Below are positions 19,960-29,926 of a DNA stretch of 64,000 bases, one piece after another (positions within the stretch are counted from its first letter, which is position 1; the number at the start of each line of letters is the position of its first letter). Under the pieces are notes generated by a model that had not been told where the DNA came from, made no database searches, and saw only the letters and a list, made by a program, of their open reading frames with translations. Origin of the DNA: a virus. The stretch is taken from the IMG/VR virus record IMGVR_UViG_3300026484_000105, positions 1 to 64,000 of that record, one strand, 5' to 3'. Position numbers and translations under genes: made by a program.

Positions 19960-22101
19960 ATGATATTATTTTTTGAAGATTGGGAAAAATACCCAAACGC
20001 AATAATTGATGTAAAAACATCCAATAAGAGTTTCTTAAGGTTAGCAGGACTATATAAGTCAATGAAAGTTGTGAACCATGGTTTCTTATTAGCATTACAT
20101 GATCCAGATCTACAAGGTGTTGATCCATTTGATCCAGATATATCTGATGATATGATCGCTAAGATTGTTATTGAATGTAAAGTGAATCCATGGTACTTCT
20201 TTAGAGAGATAGCTAGAGCCCCAAGTATCTCTGGTATTAATCCAGTTAGGTTTAAGGCTAATAGAGGTAATATAGCGTTATATTGGTTATTCTTTAACCA
20301 TATAACTACAATGCTCATACAGCCTAGACAAACTGGTAAATCATTTTCTACAGGTATGCTATTTTCATTGTTACTTTCCATAGCCACAAATAATACTAAA
20401 ATGAACTTACTTACAAAAGATCATAAGTTAAGGGTTTCTACTATTGAGGTTATTAAGAGCATTAATAAAGAATTACCATTTTTCTTAAGATTAAGTGGTA
20501 AAAAGGATACAAACAATAGCGAAGAGATAACTATAAATACTTTAGGTAATAAGTTATCATCTCACCTGGCACAGATATCACCAAAGGCAGCGCGTAATAT
20601 CGGTCGCGGTTTAACTAGTCCGATATTTCATATTGATGAGATTGCATATCTTTATAATATTGAGATTACCTTACCAGCCGCTCTAGCATCTGGTGGTGCT
20701 GCAAGAGATGCTGCTAAAGCTAGTGAAAGTCCTTATGGTACCATATATACAACAACTGCTGGTAGGCTTGATACCGACTCTGGTAGATATGCACATAAGA
20801 TATTACAAAATAGTGCTCCTTGGACTGAGAAACTATTTGATTCTGCTAATACTGATATACTAGTAGAAACTATAAGAATGAGTTCTAGTACTGGTAATAA
20901 AACAGTTTCATTGGAATTTAATCACAGACAACTTGGTTATACCGATGAGTGGTTAAAAGGTAAAATGGAAGATGCTGAATCAGATGGTATTGATGCAGAA
21001 ACAGACTTTTTAAATATCTGGGCAAGTGGTACTGATAGTAGTCCATTTAATAAAGATCTATTGAAGGTTATAAAAGAATCTTTAGTACCTGATTTTTATA
21101 CGAATGTTTCTCAGCATAATTATATTACCAGATGGTATGTTAGTGAGGAAAAACTTAAACATGTTAAATTAAATGTACAGGTCATTCTATCACTGGATAC
21201 CTCTGATGCCGTAGGTAAAGATGATATTGCATTAACAGCGAGAGAAGCCAAAACTGGAGCAATATTAGCGGTGGGTAACTATAATGAGACAAACCTCATT
21301 ACATTTTCTGAATGGTTAGTGACATGGTTTTTGGATTTTAAACATATCCTTTGTATAATTGAGCGTAGATCATCAGGTGTTGCAATACTTGATTATTTAT
21401 TAAAACTTTTACCTACTGCAGGAGTAAATCCATTTAGAGTTTTATTTAACTGGGTTGTAGATGAGTTTGAAGCCTATCCAGATAGGTTTAAAAGTATAGA
21501 AGATGGTAATAGAGGGTTAGATCCAGTTCTACTAGAGAAGTATAGAAAATTCTTTGGGTTTGCTACATCTGGTTCTGGTAAAACGTCAAGAGATGGTTTA
21601 TACGGATCAACATTATTATCTGCTGTTAAATATACTGGTAATACCGTTAGAGACAAAATGTTAATAAACCAATTATCTGGACTTACTACAAGAAATGGTA
21701 GGATAGATCATGCCGTTGGTGGTAAAGATGATTTATGTATCTCATGGATGCTTAGTTATTGGTGGCTTATAAATGGTAAAAATTCCAAATATTATGGAAT
21801 AGATCCTAGAACAATTCTTTCATCTGTCGTTATGAATACAGTTATAAAAACAAATGGTGAAGTAATTGGTTTAGAGCAAAAACAAGATCAAGAAGAAATT
21901 AAGAGAATGATTGATACACTTATGGATTATCTAAGAGTTGAAACAAATGATATGAAAGCGTTATTAATCAATAATAAAATAAAACAGCTTGGTAAACAAC
22001 TTGATTCTAATATCATGCAAACTTTTAATATATCTGGTATGTTGGAAGAGATAAATGAAGCTAGAAAACTAAAACGAAAACGTAAATACGGAACATATTA
22101 A
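19960..22101 (+). CDS. terminase large subunit (phiKZ gp025-like)
   Basis: Walker A PRQTGKS, Walker B FHIDE, TTTAG coupling motif, nuclease LDTSD and KDDL. Confidence 0.93.
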   Translation: MILFFEDWEKYPNAIIDVKTSNKSFLRLAGLYKSMKVVNHGFLLALHDPDLQGVDPFDPDISDDMIAKIVIECKVNPWYFFREIARAPSISGINPVRFKANRGNIALYWLFFNHITTMLIQPRQTGKSFSTGMLFSLLLSIATNNTKMNLLTKDHKLRVSTIEVIKSINKELPFFLRLSGKKDTNNSEEITINTLGNKLSSHLAQISPKAARNIGRGLTSPIFHIDEIAYLYNIEITLPAALASGGAARDAAKASESPYGTIYTTTAGRLDTDSGRYAHKILQNSAPWTEKLFDSANTDILVETIRMSSSTGNKTVSLEFNHRQLGYTDEWLKGKMEDAESDGIDAETDFLNIWASGTDSSPFNKDLLKVIKESLVPDFYTNVSQHNYITRWYVSEEKLKHVKLNVQVILSLDTSDAVGKDDIALTAREAKTGAILAVGNYNETNLITFSEWLVTWFLDFKHILCIIERRSSGVAILDYLLKLLPTAGVNPFRVLFNWVVDEFEAYPDRFKSIEDGNRGLDPVLLEKYRKFFGFATSGSGKTSRDGLYGSTLLSAVKYTGNTVRDKMLINQLSGLTTRNGRIDHAVGGKDDLCISWMLSYWWLINGKNSKYYGIDPRTILSSVVMNTVIKTNGEVIGLEQKQDQEEIKRMIDTLMDYLRVETNDMKALLINNKIKQLGKQLDSNIMQTFNISGMLEEINEARKLKRKRKYGTY

Positions 22102-22102
22102 C

Positions 22103-22133
22103 TATACAGTATAGGATAATCCTATACTGTATA
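22103..22133. terminator. palindromic hairpin between convergent genes
   Basis: TATACAGTATAGGA-TAA-TCCTATACTGTATA; overlaps the stop of the minus-strand gene. Confidence 0.8.
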
Positions 22134-23069
22134 ATCTTTTATGGTTAGCTCTATTTTCTTACTTAAATCATCTAACTTGATTGCTCTTTTGTTAGAATTA
22201 AGGACGTTGGCCAATCTACTATGTTTAAAACTTTTATTATTTGCAGAAACAAATATTAAAGCAATTAACGTAGGTACATGATCAAAAGACATAGCTATAT
22301 TTTCGGATGCATTTATACCATTCCATGTATTTCCTATAATGTTATATAGTAAGCCAGTATTTATATTAGTTAATAATGGACTATTAACACCTTTAGATAT
22401 ATTTTCAACTAGATCAACAGCATCACGAGGATTATGGTTTAATTCACTACATACGTCTTTTACGTACTTAATGTTGCCTCTCATAGATTTTAAATTTTTA
22501 CTTATCTTAAAGTAAATATTTTCTATACTATCATCATCTTGCTCAATGTCGGCTATTACACATAATATGTAATGTAAAGCTATTATCTCTATTTTCATAC
22601 TTTCTTCAATGCCTAAAGTTAAAACACTTTTAAAAGAACTAGATATCCAAGTACTAAACGATAAACTTAAACCATTTTCTATCATTGCCATATTACTAAC
22701 ACTTTTAAAAAGATCAAGCATATAGATAGTTCTAGTTATGGTAAAATCAAAACCAGGTCTGTTGTTAACAATATCATTCAAAGTATAAAAAGTAGTTTCT
22801 TTAAACTTAACAAATTGTCTAATGTCTACAAAGATTCTATTCATACCCTTAAAATCTTTAAACAGTATAGGATGGTTCCAAACAGGTAGTTCCGTTTCAA
22901 ATTCATTTTTTCCAGTTATAAAAACTAACCTTAAATTTTCACCATTCTTAAATTCATAATTAAGTTTATCCAGATCAGATGTTTTAATGATAAACTCATT
23001 AAGAGTTGTCTCTAATTTTCTTGTATTTACATGCATACCTATGTTTGTATCATATGGGTTTAAAAGCAT
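22122..23069 (-). CDS. conserved phiKZ-like virion protein (gp028-like)
   Basis: Start MLLNPYDT at 23069 with AGGAG SD; LPVWNHPI, IFVDIRQF and DHVPTLIA motifs; lies between terminase and sheath. Confidence 0.6.
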   Translation of the reverse strand: MLLNPYDTNIGMHVNTRKLETTLNEFIIKTSDLDKLNYEFKNGENLRLVFITGKNEFETELPVWNHPILFKDFKGMNRIFVDIRQFVKFKETTFYTLNDIVNNRPGFDFTITRTIYMLDLFKSVSNMAMIENGLSLSFSTWISSSFKSVLTLGIEESMKIEIIALHYILCVIADIEQDDDSIENIYFKISKNLKSMRGNIKYVKDVCSELNHNPRDAVDLVENISKGVNSPLLTNINTGLLYNIIGNTWNGINASENIAMSFDHVPTLIALIFVSANNKSFKHSRLANVLNSNKRAIKLDDLSKKIELTIKDYTV

Positions 23070-23120
23070 ACTATCTCCTATTTTTTTCTTTTCATTGAAT
23101 ACTATTAAAAAGGAATTACT

Positions 23121-23465
23121 ATGGCTAAGATTACTATAGGCGATTATATTAATTTCTCTACACCAAATGGTCATACCGCTACTGACTGGCAAGTTGCTCT
23201 TGATAGTAAATTTAAGATAATTATTGATGAGAGTATATGCGATGAAATTAATTTAAAAGAATGGCATACGCCACTACCTAAAGTAATGGAAAAGGGATTC
23301 TACTCAGATTTAGATATTATTTATGCCAGAGTAAGGATACGTTTTGATAATGTTGTAAGCAATTGGTTAGAGTTAAATGATAATCAGAATTACCAAAAGG
23401 TTATTATAACTGAGAATGGGGAGATTATAGAAGAGACTACATCTGATATCATAGGGATGCAGTAA
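23121..23465 (+). CDS. FN3/Ig-like repeat protein (1 repeat)
   Basis: HTATDWQVALD..F...YARVRI.FD...SNW. Confidence 0.65.
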   Translation: MAKITIGDYINFSTPNGHTATDWQVALDSKFKIIIDESICDEINLKEWHTPLPKVMEKGFYSDLDIIYARVRIRFDNVVSNWLELNDNQNYQKVIITENGEIIEETTSDIIGMQ

Positions 23466-23478
23466 AAAGGATTAATAA

Positions 23479-24105
23479 ATGATAAATATAAGTATAGATA
23501 AGCCAACTATACCAGATGGTGCAGGGTTTTCGCATTCCAGTACAAGTTGGCAAGTATCGTTGGATAAAAGTTTTGATGAAAATAATCTAATAGCTGAATC
23601 ACTTTATGATACAGTTAATTTATTAGAATTTAAGGTATTTGACAAACTAGATGAGGATCAAGTTGTATTTGCCAGGGTAAAGATACATTTTGATAATAAA
23701 ACAGAAACTGAATGGAGTAGGACTATAACCCTATCTGAAAATCAAAAAGGTTTCAAGTTAAGTAATACTCTAGTAGTTACACCCAACATCTTCATAGATG
23801 ATAGCTATTATGATATTAAAGAACAATTCATTAATGTTAGAACTAGTCCTTTTGCATTATTTGCTGGCGTTGGGCATCACAAAAGTACTAGCTGGTATAT
23901 TGAAAACGTAGATGGTTCAACCATCTGGTCTAGAGAAAATGATACGGATAATTTAACAAGTATAAAACTACCAATGTTAAATTTAAAAGAAGATAAGTTC
24001 TATGTTATTAAAGTACAACATACTACAGATACAAATACCAGTAGTAATTATGGTAGGCAAACTATTAGTACAGGTAAGATAGATCTTCCACTATTAATAG
24101 AGTAA
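23479..24105 (+). CDS. FN3/Ig-like repeat protein (2 repeats)
   Basis: HSSTSWQVSLD...FARVKIHFD...TEW and HKSTSWYI...YVIKVQH. Confidence 0.65.
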   Translation: MINISIDKPTIPDGAGFSHSSTSWQVSLDKSFDENNLIAESLYDTVNLLEFKVFDKLDEDQVVFARVKIHFDNKTETEWSRTITLSENQKGFKLSNTLVVTPNIFIDDSYYDIKEQFINVRTSPFALFAGVGHHKSTSWYIENVDGSTIWSRENDTDNLTSIKLPMLNLKEDKFYVIKVQHTTDTNTSSNYGRQTISTGKIDLPLLIE

Positions 24106-24115
24106 AGGAGAGAAG

Positions 24116-25900
24116 ATGATAACGTTAAGAATGGCCAAATGGCCTGATGATACTGGCATTAAACATGTTGGTACTATTTGGCAAATAGCTACAGACTATA
24201 AGTTTAGTCACATTATTGATGCTACTGATATAGATAAGGTTTACTTAGATATATTCTATAGTAATGTTGTTATACCAAAAGATAAAGTCTATTATGGTAG
24301 ATCTAAAAGGATATTTGATGTAGATACAGAATCTGAGTGGATAGGTCCAGTAAAATTACTTCCTAGTAACGCTGGTAGTACTATTGATATTAAACCAGAT
24401 GTTTCTATAGATGTACCATATGTTTACATCTCTGAAGATGATATAAACGATGTTAAGAAAGATACAATTGAAATAGCTACTAGTGGATTTAGATGTAATA
24501 ACGATGGACATAAAGCTACATCATGGGTTGTTAGAAATAAGGTTGGTAAAGTATTATATACTGATATGTATAGTAGTAAAAATAAACTCTCACTTCAACT
24601 AGATAAGAAGTCTATTAGTTTAGACAACTTAAATGGTATCATGGTTGAGGCTAACCATATATCTAGTAACGACTTTGAAAGTTCCTTTGGTTTTGGTTTT
24701 ATAGACCTTACTGATTATAAATTTGAAGTTATATCTAACTTACATTCAGTATCTCCTAATAAGGATTTTAAATTAGAACTAGCTTCTATAGCTGATTGTA
24801 CTGATAAATATCCTTTAGAGTATATTGAAGTATACGATCAGAATAATAGACTAATCTATGAGAGAGTACTTAAAGATGATCGGGTTATAACCGTTGATAG
24901 AGAATTGCTTAGATCAGGATCATCTTATACCGCTAGACTATATATTAATAGAGAGTTTAACGAGTTTAAAGATATCTATTTTAATACAAGTTTAAATAGT
25001 GGTAGTTTCATTACTGATCCACAATATACATACCGTGAGGAACTAGTTAAGACAAATATGCTTATAAGTGGTGTAAGGGCAGTTGTTTCTGAACAATTAG
25101 TTGATAATGGAATTCCTATACCTGTTAAAAATAAGGGTAGTCTGGTTATTTATAACTATGATAGAAGAAAAATGAAAATTAGTCCGTCAGGTCTTCCTTA
25201 TAGTTTCTTAACTAACGATATTGATATTAAGGAGGGCGTTAATGTAGCAGTTATAGATTCCAATTTTGTTATCGTTGATCAAACATATGCTGGTGTGGGA
25301 TACCCTACATTTAATATATACGACTACGATAGTCAGAAACTTGTAAAAAGTATAAAGCGTAAGGATGAGTTATCTAATACTGGCATTAGTAATAACTTAG
25401 CCATAAAGCATGTTGATGATGATAATGTATTGTTATTTTATTTTGCCAAAACAAAAGATGGAGTAGTTTTTAAATCATTAAACTTGATTACTGATGAAGT
25501 TACTGTTCTTACTAATAGACCAGATATAAGTGGTTCAGAAGCAAATTTAGTAAATATAAATAATGGTAAACTTATGTCATTTGGTACTGGTTTGAAAAAT
25601 CAGATCTATACTTATGATATAAATGATAAAGAATGGCATTCTGTTACATTGTTACCAGAAACATTTAGAAACATTAGTACTGCTTCTTATTTAAGAAAAG
25701 ATGGTAAAGTAATATCGTTCAATCTTGGCAATGGTACAAACGACACAATGTTATTTGATCCAGCAGACAATACTGTTAAGTTATTAAAAAATGATGTTGA
25801 TGATACTATTGATTTAGATAGCGTAGTTAGACTTAGGAATGGTGAGTTTATACGATACGATTCTAAATTAGATATAAGTAGAGTATATATTTACAAGTAG
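24116..25900 (+). CDS. FN3/Ig-like repeats plus probable C-terminal beta-propeller
   Basis: HVGTIWQIATD and HKATSWVV repeats; Kelch-like blades NNGKLMSFG..IYTYDINDKEW and LRKDGKVISF..LFDPADNT. Confidence 0.6.
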   Translation: MITLRMAKWPDDTGIKHVGTIWQIATDYKFSHIIDATDIDKVYLDIFYSNVVIPKDKVYYGRSKRIFDVDTESEWIGPVKLLPSNAGSTIDIKPDVSIDVPYVYISEDDINDVKKDTIEIATSGFRCNNDGHKATSWVVRNKVGKVLYTDMYSSKNKLSLQLDKKSISLDNLNGIMVEANHISSNDFESSFGFGFIDLTDYKFEVISNLHSVSPNKDFKLELASIADCTDKYPLEYIEVYDQNNRLIYERVLKDDRVITVDRELLRSGSSYTARLYINREFNEFKDIYFNTSLNSGSFITDPQYTYREELVKTNMLISGVRAVVSEQLVDNGIPIPVKNKGSLVIYNYDRRKMKISPSGLPYSFLTNDIDIKEGVNVAVIDSNFVIVDQTYAGVGYPTFNIYDYDSQKLVKSIKRKDELSNTGISNNLAIKHVDDDNVLLFYFAKTKDGVVFKSLNLITDEVTVLTNRPDISGSEANLVNINNGKLMSFGTGLKNQIYTYDINDKEWHSVTLLPETFRNISTASYLRKDGKVISFNLGNGTNDTMLFDPADNTVKLLKNDVDDTIDLDSVVRLRNGEFIRYDSKLDISRVYIYK

Positions 25901-25997
25901 GCTAATGTCTCTTAAGTAATAATTTTAAGACATTAATTTGAAATATTGTTTAATAAATAAATGATAGTAAAAAAATAAATAGAAAAAGGAAATTGAG

Positions 25998-28133
25998 ATG
26001 CAAATTCTTAACGCAAGTCCACAAGCAATACTTTTAGGTACTGATGATAAATCAGCAGGAATCGTAACACCTGAGAGGGAACCGATACCACAACATTTAC
26101 CTAAATTTTATCTGTTCGCTCAAAAGGGGCAAACGGTACCTTCTTTAGTTGGTGGGGCTAAAATGTTGGCAACTTACGGTGATAAAACTTTTAATAAGTT
26201 AAGTCCTTATTATAACCATGCTACTATGTTTGCTACAGCCATTGCTGGTGAAGCTAATACGTTGATGGTTCAAAGAGTTATTCCTGATGATGCAAATCCA
26301 GAGTCTAACTTTACACTTTATATGGATATCCTTGAAGATGAGGTCCCAAATTATTTAAGAAATTCTGATGGTAGTCTAGTTTCAGATGGTTCAGGTGGGT
26401 ACCTTGTAGATGAAAATGAGGAAACTATACTTGGACATAGAGTTAAGTATGTTAAAAAATATACACCAGAGGGCGTAGTACTTGGACATAGTGTTTCTTT
26501 AACTGGTACAATGGAAGATGCTGATGGTAACAAATCTACTATGATTCCTATATTAGATATCAAAGCTAAGTATAAAGGTGGCTTCTATAACAATGTTGGT
26601 ATTGCTATTGAAAATATTGACTATGCAAAAATTCCTGGTACTATCATGAGTAAGGCTAAAGTTTTACCATATAAACTTAAACTAGTTACTAGATTAAATG
26701 AGAAAACTACTTATACTGTTCAAAAATCATTATATGGTGAAGAGTCTGTAATGTTCTCTTTAAAAGAACATGTTATTAACCCAACTACTGAAGCTGGTTT
26801 CGACATGAATACAGTATTCCCTGATAACTGGGCAAATGAAACAGACCCACTTATGCCGCTTAAATATTCTGATTATGAAGGTATCCACGTATACTATAAT
26901 AATGTAGAAAAAGTACTTGCAAAAATTATGGAATTTGAAAAAGAGTTCGTTAGCTCTGAGAATAAAGAGTGGCACGATGGTATGCATGCTTCTACTTTAT
27001 CATGGTTTGATTATAACACTGATAATAAAGAAGAGTTGCAAGCTGATGAAGTTCATTTAACAAATATCTTTAGTGCAAGATCTAGTAAAAATGTAAGATA
27101 CTTTACTATGGTTCATGATGAGGCGCCAGTTAAAAGTACTGATACAATGAGAGAAGTTCAGATTTCTAGCAAAACTCCTATATTTCTAGAGGGTGGTTCT
27201 GATGGTACTTTAAGTAATGAAATGTATGAAAAATTAGTTACTAGAGAACTTAGAAAATATCTTGATCCAGATTCAGAAGTTATGGAAATGGCTGTTAACG
27301 TAGAATCAATTATGTATGATTCAGGTTTTACACTGGCTACTAAAAAAGAGCTTTGTAATTTTATTGCTTTAAGAAAAGATACTATGGTTATGCTTTCTAC
27401 ACATGATGCAAGTCTTGGCGATAAATACTTGCCATTGTCTGATGAAAGAGCTATTGCAGTAAACCTTAAAACAAGATTGAAACTTACTCCAGAGTCTAAT
27501 TATTTTGGTACTAAAGTTATGAGGGGTGTTGTTGTATCTGGTACAGGTGTTCTTACTGACGGTTCTATTACAACAAGAGTTCCACAGTTACTTGAGATAG
27601 CTGTTAAATCTGCTGCTTATATGGGTGCTGGTTCTGGTGAATGGAAACATGTCAATATGTTTGATAGAGCTCCAGGTAACATTATTAAACATCAAAAAGA
27701 CTTACAACCTGCATTTATTCCTGCTGGAGTAAAACCTGCATTATGGAATGCTGGTATGGTATGGTCACAACCTTTTGATAGAAGACAATACTTCTTCCCT
27801 GCTATTCAAACAGTATATGAAAATGATACTTCTGTACTTAATTCTTACTTTACTGTAATGGCTATTTGTACATTGAATAAAATCGCTGCTGAAGCATGGA
27901 GAAATTTTACAGGTACTTCTGACTTGAGTTCTGCTCAACTTGCTGATGCTGTTGTAGCATTTGTTAATGAAAGAGTTGCTAATAAATTCGATAACAGATT
28001 TGTTATTATCCCTGAAGTACAATTTACTACAGCCGATAAACAAAGAGGTTATTCTTGGAATCTTATTACTAAAATCTATGCTAATAACATGAAAACCGTT
28101 ATGGTATCTAGAGTAGAAGCATATCGTCTGTAG
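25998..28133 (+). CDS. contractile tail sheath protein (phiKZ gp029-like)
   Basis: PIPQHLPKFYLFAQKG, LEGGSDGT, YDSGF, FFPAIQTVYENDTSVLNS, RGYSW...IYANNMKTV. Confidence 0.9.
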   Translation: MQILNASPQAILLGTDDKSAGIVTPEREPIPQHLPKFYLFAQKGQTVPSLVGGAKMLATYGDKTFNKLSPYYNHATMFATAIAGEANTLMVQRVIPDDANPESNFTLYMDILEDEVPNYLRNSDGSLVSDGSGGYLVDENEETILGHRVKYVKKYTPEGVVLGHSVSLTGTMEDADGNKSTMIPILDIKAKYKGGFYNNVGIAIENIDYAKIPGTIMSKAKVLPYKLKLVTRLNEKTTYTVQKSLYGEESVMFSLKEHVINPTTEAGFDMNTVFPDNWANETDPLMPLKYSDYEGIHVYYNNVEKVLAKIMEFEKEFVSSENKEWHDGMHASTLSWFDYNTDNKEELQADEVHLTNIFSARSSKNVRYFTMVHDEAPVKSTDTMREVQISSKTPIFLEGGSDGTLSNEMYEKLVTRELRKYLDPDSEVMEMAVNVESIMYDSGFTLATKKELCNFIALRKDTMVMLSTHDASLGDKYLPLSDERAIAVNLKTRLKLTPESNYFGTKVMRGVVVSGTGVLTDGSITTRVPQLLEIAVKSAAYMGAGSGEWKHVNMFDRAPGNIIKHQKDLQPAFIPAGVKPALWNAGMVWSQPFDRRQYFFPAIQTVYENDTSVLNSYFTVMAICTLNKIAAEAWRNFTGTSDLSSAQLADAVVAFVNERVANKFDNRFVIIPEVQFTTADKQRGYSWNLITKIYANNMKTVMVSRVEAYRL

Positions 28134-28224
28134 TTTCAGATAATTGAACTTGCGTATCGTTTGATACGCTGTTCGATAACCGTACTATAAAACAAAAAAA
28201 ACAAAAAATAAAAGGAAAAATATT

Positions 28225-29226
28225 ATGGCTAATACTGAACCATCACACGCTTATACATCTACTAGAAGTGATACGTTTTCAACTCCTCTTGAAAGAGTTA
28301 AAGAAGCGTTAACAGCTGGTACGTATAACAGAAACAATGAGAAAATGTTAAATATTGACTTTGGTGGTCAATTTGGTTGGTCTCCTAGACTAGGTTATAT
28401 TGATAAAGATAAATCATTCCACAGTGAGTGGATTTCTAATCATAAGTATGTTTCTAAAAATGTTGTTGCTGTAGTTTTACAAACACCAAGATTTTTTGAC
28501 TTCATGCCTGATCCACAGAAATGGATTAATGCATTTAAAGCGCTTATAGAGTTACATTCTAAATCTATTGAAGGTTTATCTTCAGGTTTAACCGTTGAAT
28601 ACTCTGAGCATGCTGTAGGCGGCGCTGGTGAGATGCAAGAAGAGGTTACAAATGTTACTAGAGCTAGATCTACTGTTACGCATACTGTAGAAGAAAAAGC
28701 TGGTAAGCCAATTAATAGATTCTTAACAGATTGGATTAGATATGGTCTTATGGATCCAGATACTAAACATGCACTTATTGGTACAATGTCTAACTGGAAA
28801 AATGAATTATATACTCCTGAGTATTATACCGCTACCGTCCTATATTTTGAGCCAGACATTACAATGAGAAGCATTGTTGAAGCTTGGTTATGTACTAACA
28901 TGGCACCTAAAGGTAATGGTGAGGTTGTTGGTAAAAGAGATCTTACATCTGGTGGAGAAGCAAAAGAGATCGCTATTGAATTTACATCTATTACAATGTA
29001 TAATGAGCCAGTTAGAAGACTTGCACAATCTATACTTGATGAAATGACAACTATTAAAGTTGATCCACATCAACTACCTATGTTTGTATCAGAAGATCCA
29101 AGCAAAGCTAGAGATACGCATTTACAACCTAAAGATGCTCCTATCGGTTATGATAATACGCATTCAAAAGCAGAAAATGAAGCTGCAGCACAAGCTGTTA
29201 AATATAATGCTAAAGATGCACAATAA
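28225..29226 (+). CDS. tail tube protein (phiKZ gp030-like)
   Basis: Follows the sheath; GGAGEMQEEVTNVTRARS, WIRYGLMDPDTK, AWLCTNMAPK. Confidence 0.85.
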   Translation: MANTEPSHAYTSTRSDTFSTPLERVKEALTAGTYNRNNEKMLNIDFGGQFGWSPRLGYIDKDKSFHSEWISNHKYVSKNVVAVVLQTPRFFDFMPDPQKWINAFKALIELHSKSIEGLSSGLTVEYSEHAVGGAGEMQEEVTNVTRARSTVTHTVEEKAGKPINRFLTDWIRYGLMDPDTKHALIGTMSNWKNELYTPEYYTATVLYFEPDITMRSIVEAWLCTNMAPKGNGEVVGKRDLTSGGEAKEIAIEFTSITMYNEPVRRLAQSILDEMTTIKVDPHQLPMFVSEDPSKARDTHLQPKDAPIGYDNTHSKAENEAAAQAVKYNAKDAQ

Positions 29227-29245
29227 TAAAAAATAAAGACGCCAC

Positions 29246-29275
29246 TACAGTATATAGCGAAAGCTATATACTGTA
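29246..29275. terminator. palindromic hairpin between convergent genes
   Basis: TACAGTATATAGC-GAAA-GCTATATACTGTA. Confidence 0.8.
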
Positions 29276-29294
29276 TGGCAATTTGTTTTGCAGC

Positions 29295-29720
29295 TTATCT
29301 TAATGCTTCCAACATAGTTTGTTGTAATGACTTAACATGTGATTTACTTGCTTTAAGTAGAGTATGTTTAACTGCTATACCGATATCTGGTCTAGTAATA
29401 GAATTTTCAGTACCTGGAATTTTAAACGTTTTGCTTCTAGCAATGTTTGCAGTAACAGCACCACTACCAGTTGGTCCAAATGGATAATCAATGATAACTT
29501 TTTCAACTGATTTATCTTTCTTAAGCATTTCTGTTGCAAGATTGGCAGCTTCATCTGTAGTTGCACTAATGAACTCATTTGTATATTTAAAGGTTTTGTT
29601 TAAAATATCTTTACTTAATTCACTACCCTCTGTAAAAACATTTTTATCACCATACGTAACTGTTGCTACACCATCTACTACGTTAGTAGTATATTCACTC
29701 TTTTTAAATTCAATTGCCAT
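29295..29720 (-). CDS. hypothetical protein, stand-alone early unit
   Basis: ATG at 29720 with AAGGAGG SD; own promoter and structured leader. Confidence 0.75.
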   Translation of the reverse strand: MAIEFKKSEYTTNVVDGVATVTYGDKNVFTEGSELSKDILNKTFKYTNEFISATTDEAANLATEMLKKDKSVEKVIIDYPFGPTGSGAVTANIARSKTFKIPGTENSITRPDIGIAVKHTLLKASKSHVKSLQQTMLEALR

Positions 29721-29832
29721 CTTTGGCCTCCTTGTTGAAATGTGATTTTTGCTATTTTTTATATTTAGCATCACATATATACACTACAGTGTATTTTTTA
29801 TTTACCTTTTGTTAAGGCGACTGGATCCAATC

Positions 29833-29889
29833 GACTATGAAACGTATCATTGTCTAACTTAATAATATGTCATTGATGTAATTTTGAAA
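29833..29889 (-). promoter_or_regulatory. putative early promoter plus 5' hairpin, copy 3
   Basis: Minus strand TTTCAA-N14-CATATTAT-N5-TAGAC, then hairpin GACAATGA/TCATAGTC. Confidence 0.6.
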
Positions 29890-29926
29890 CCCATTCTAAT
29901 GAATATAAAATGTTAAAGGAAATGGT

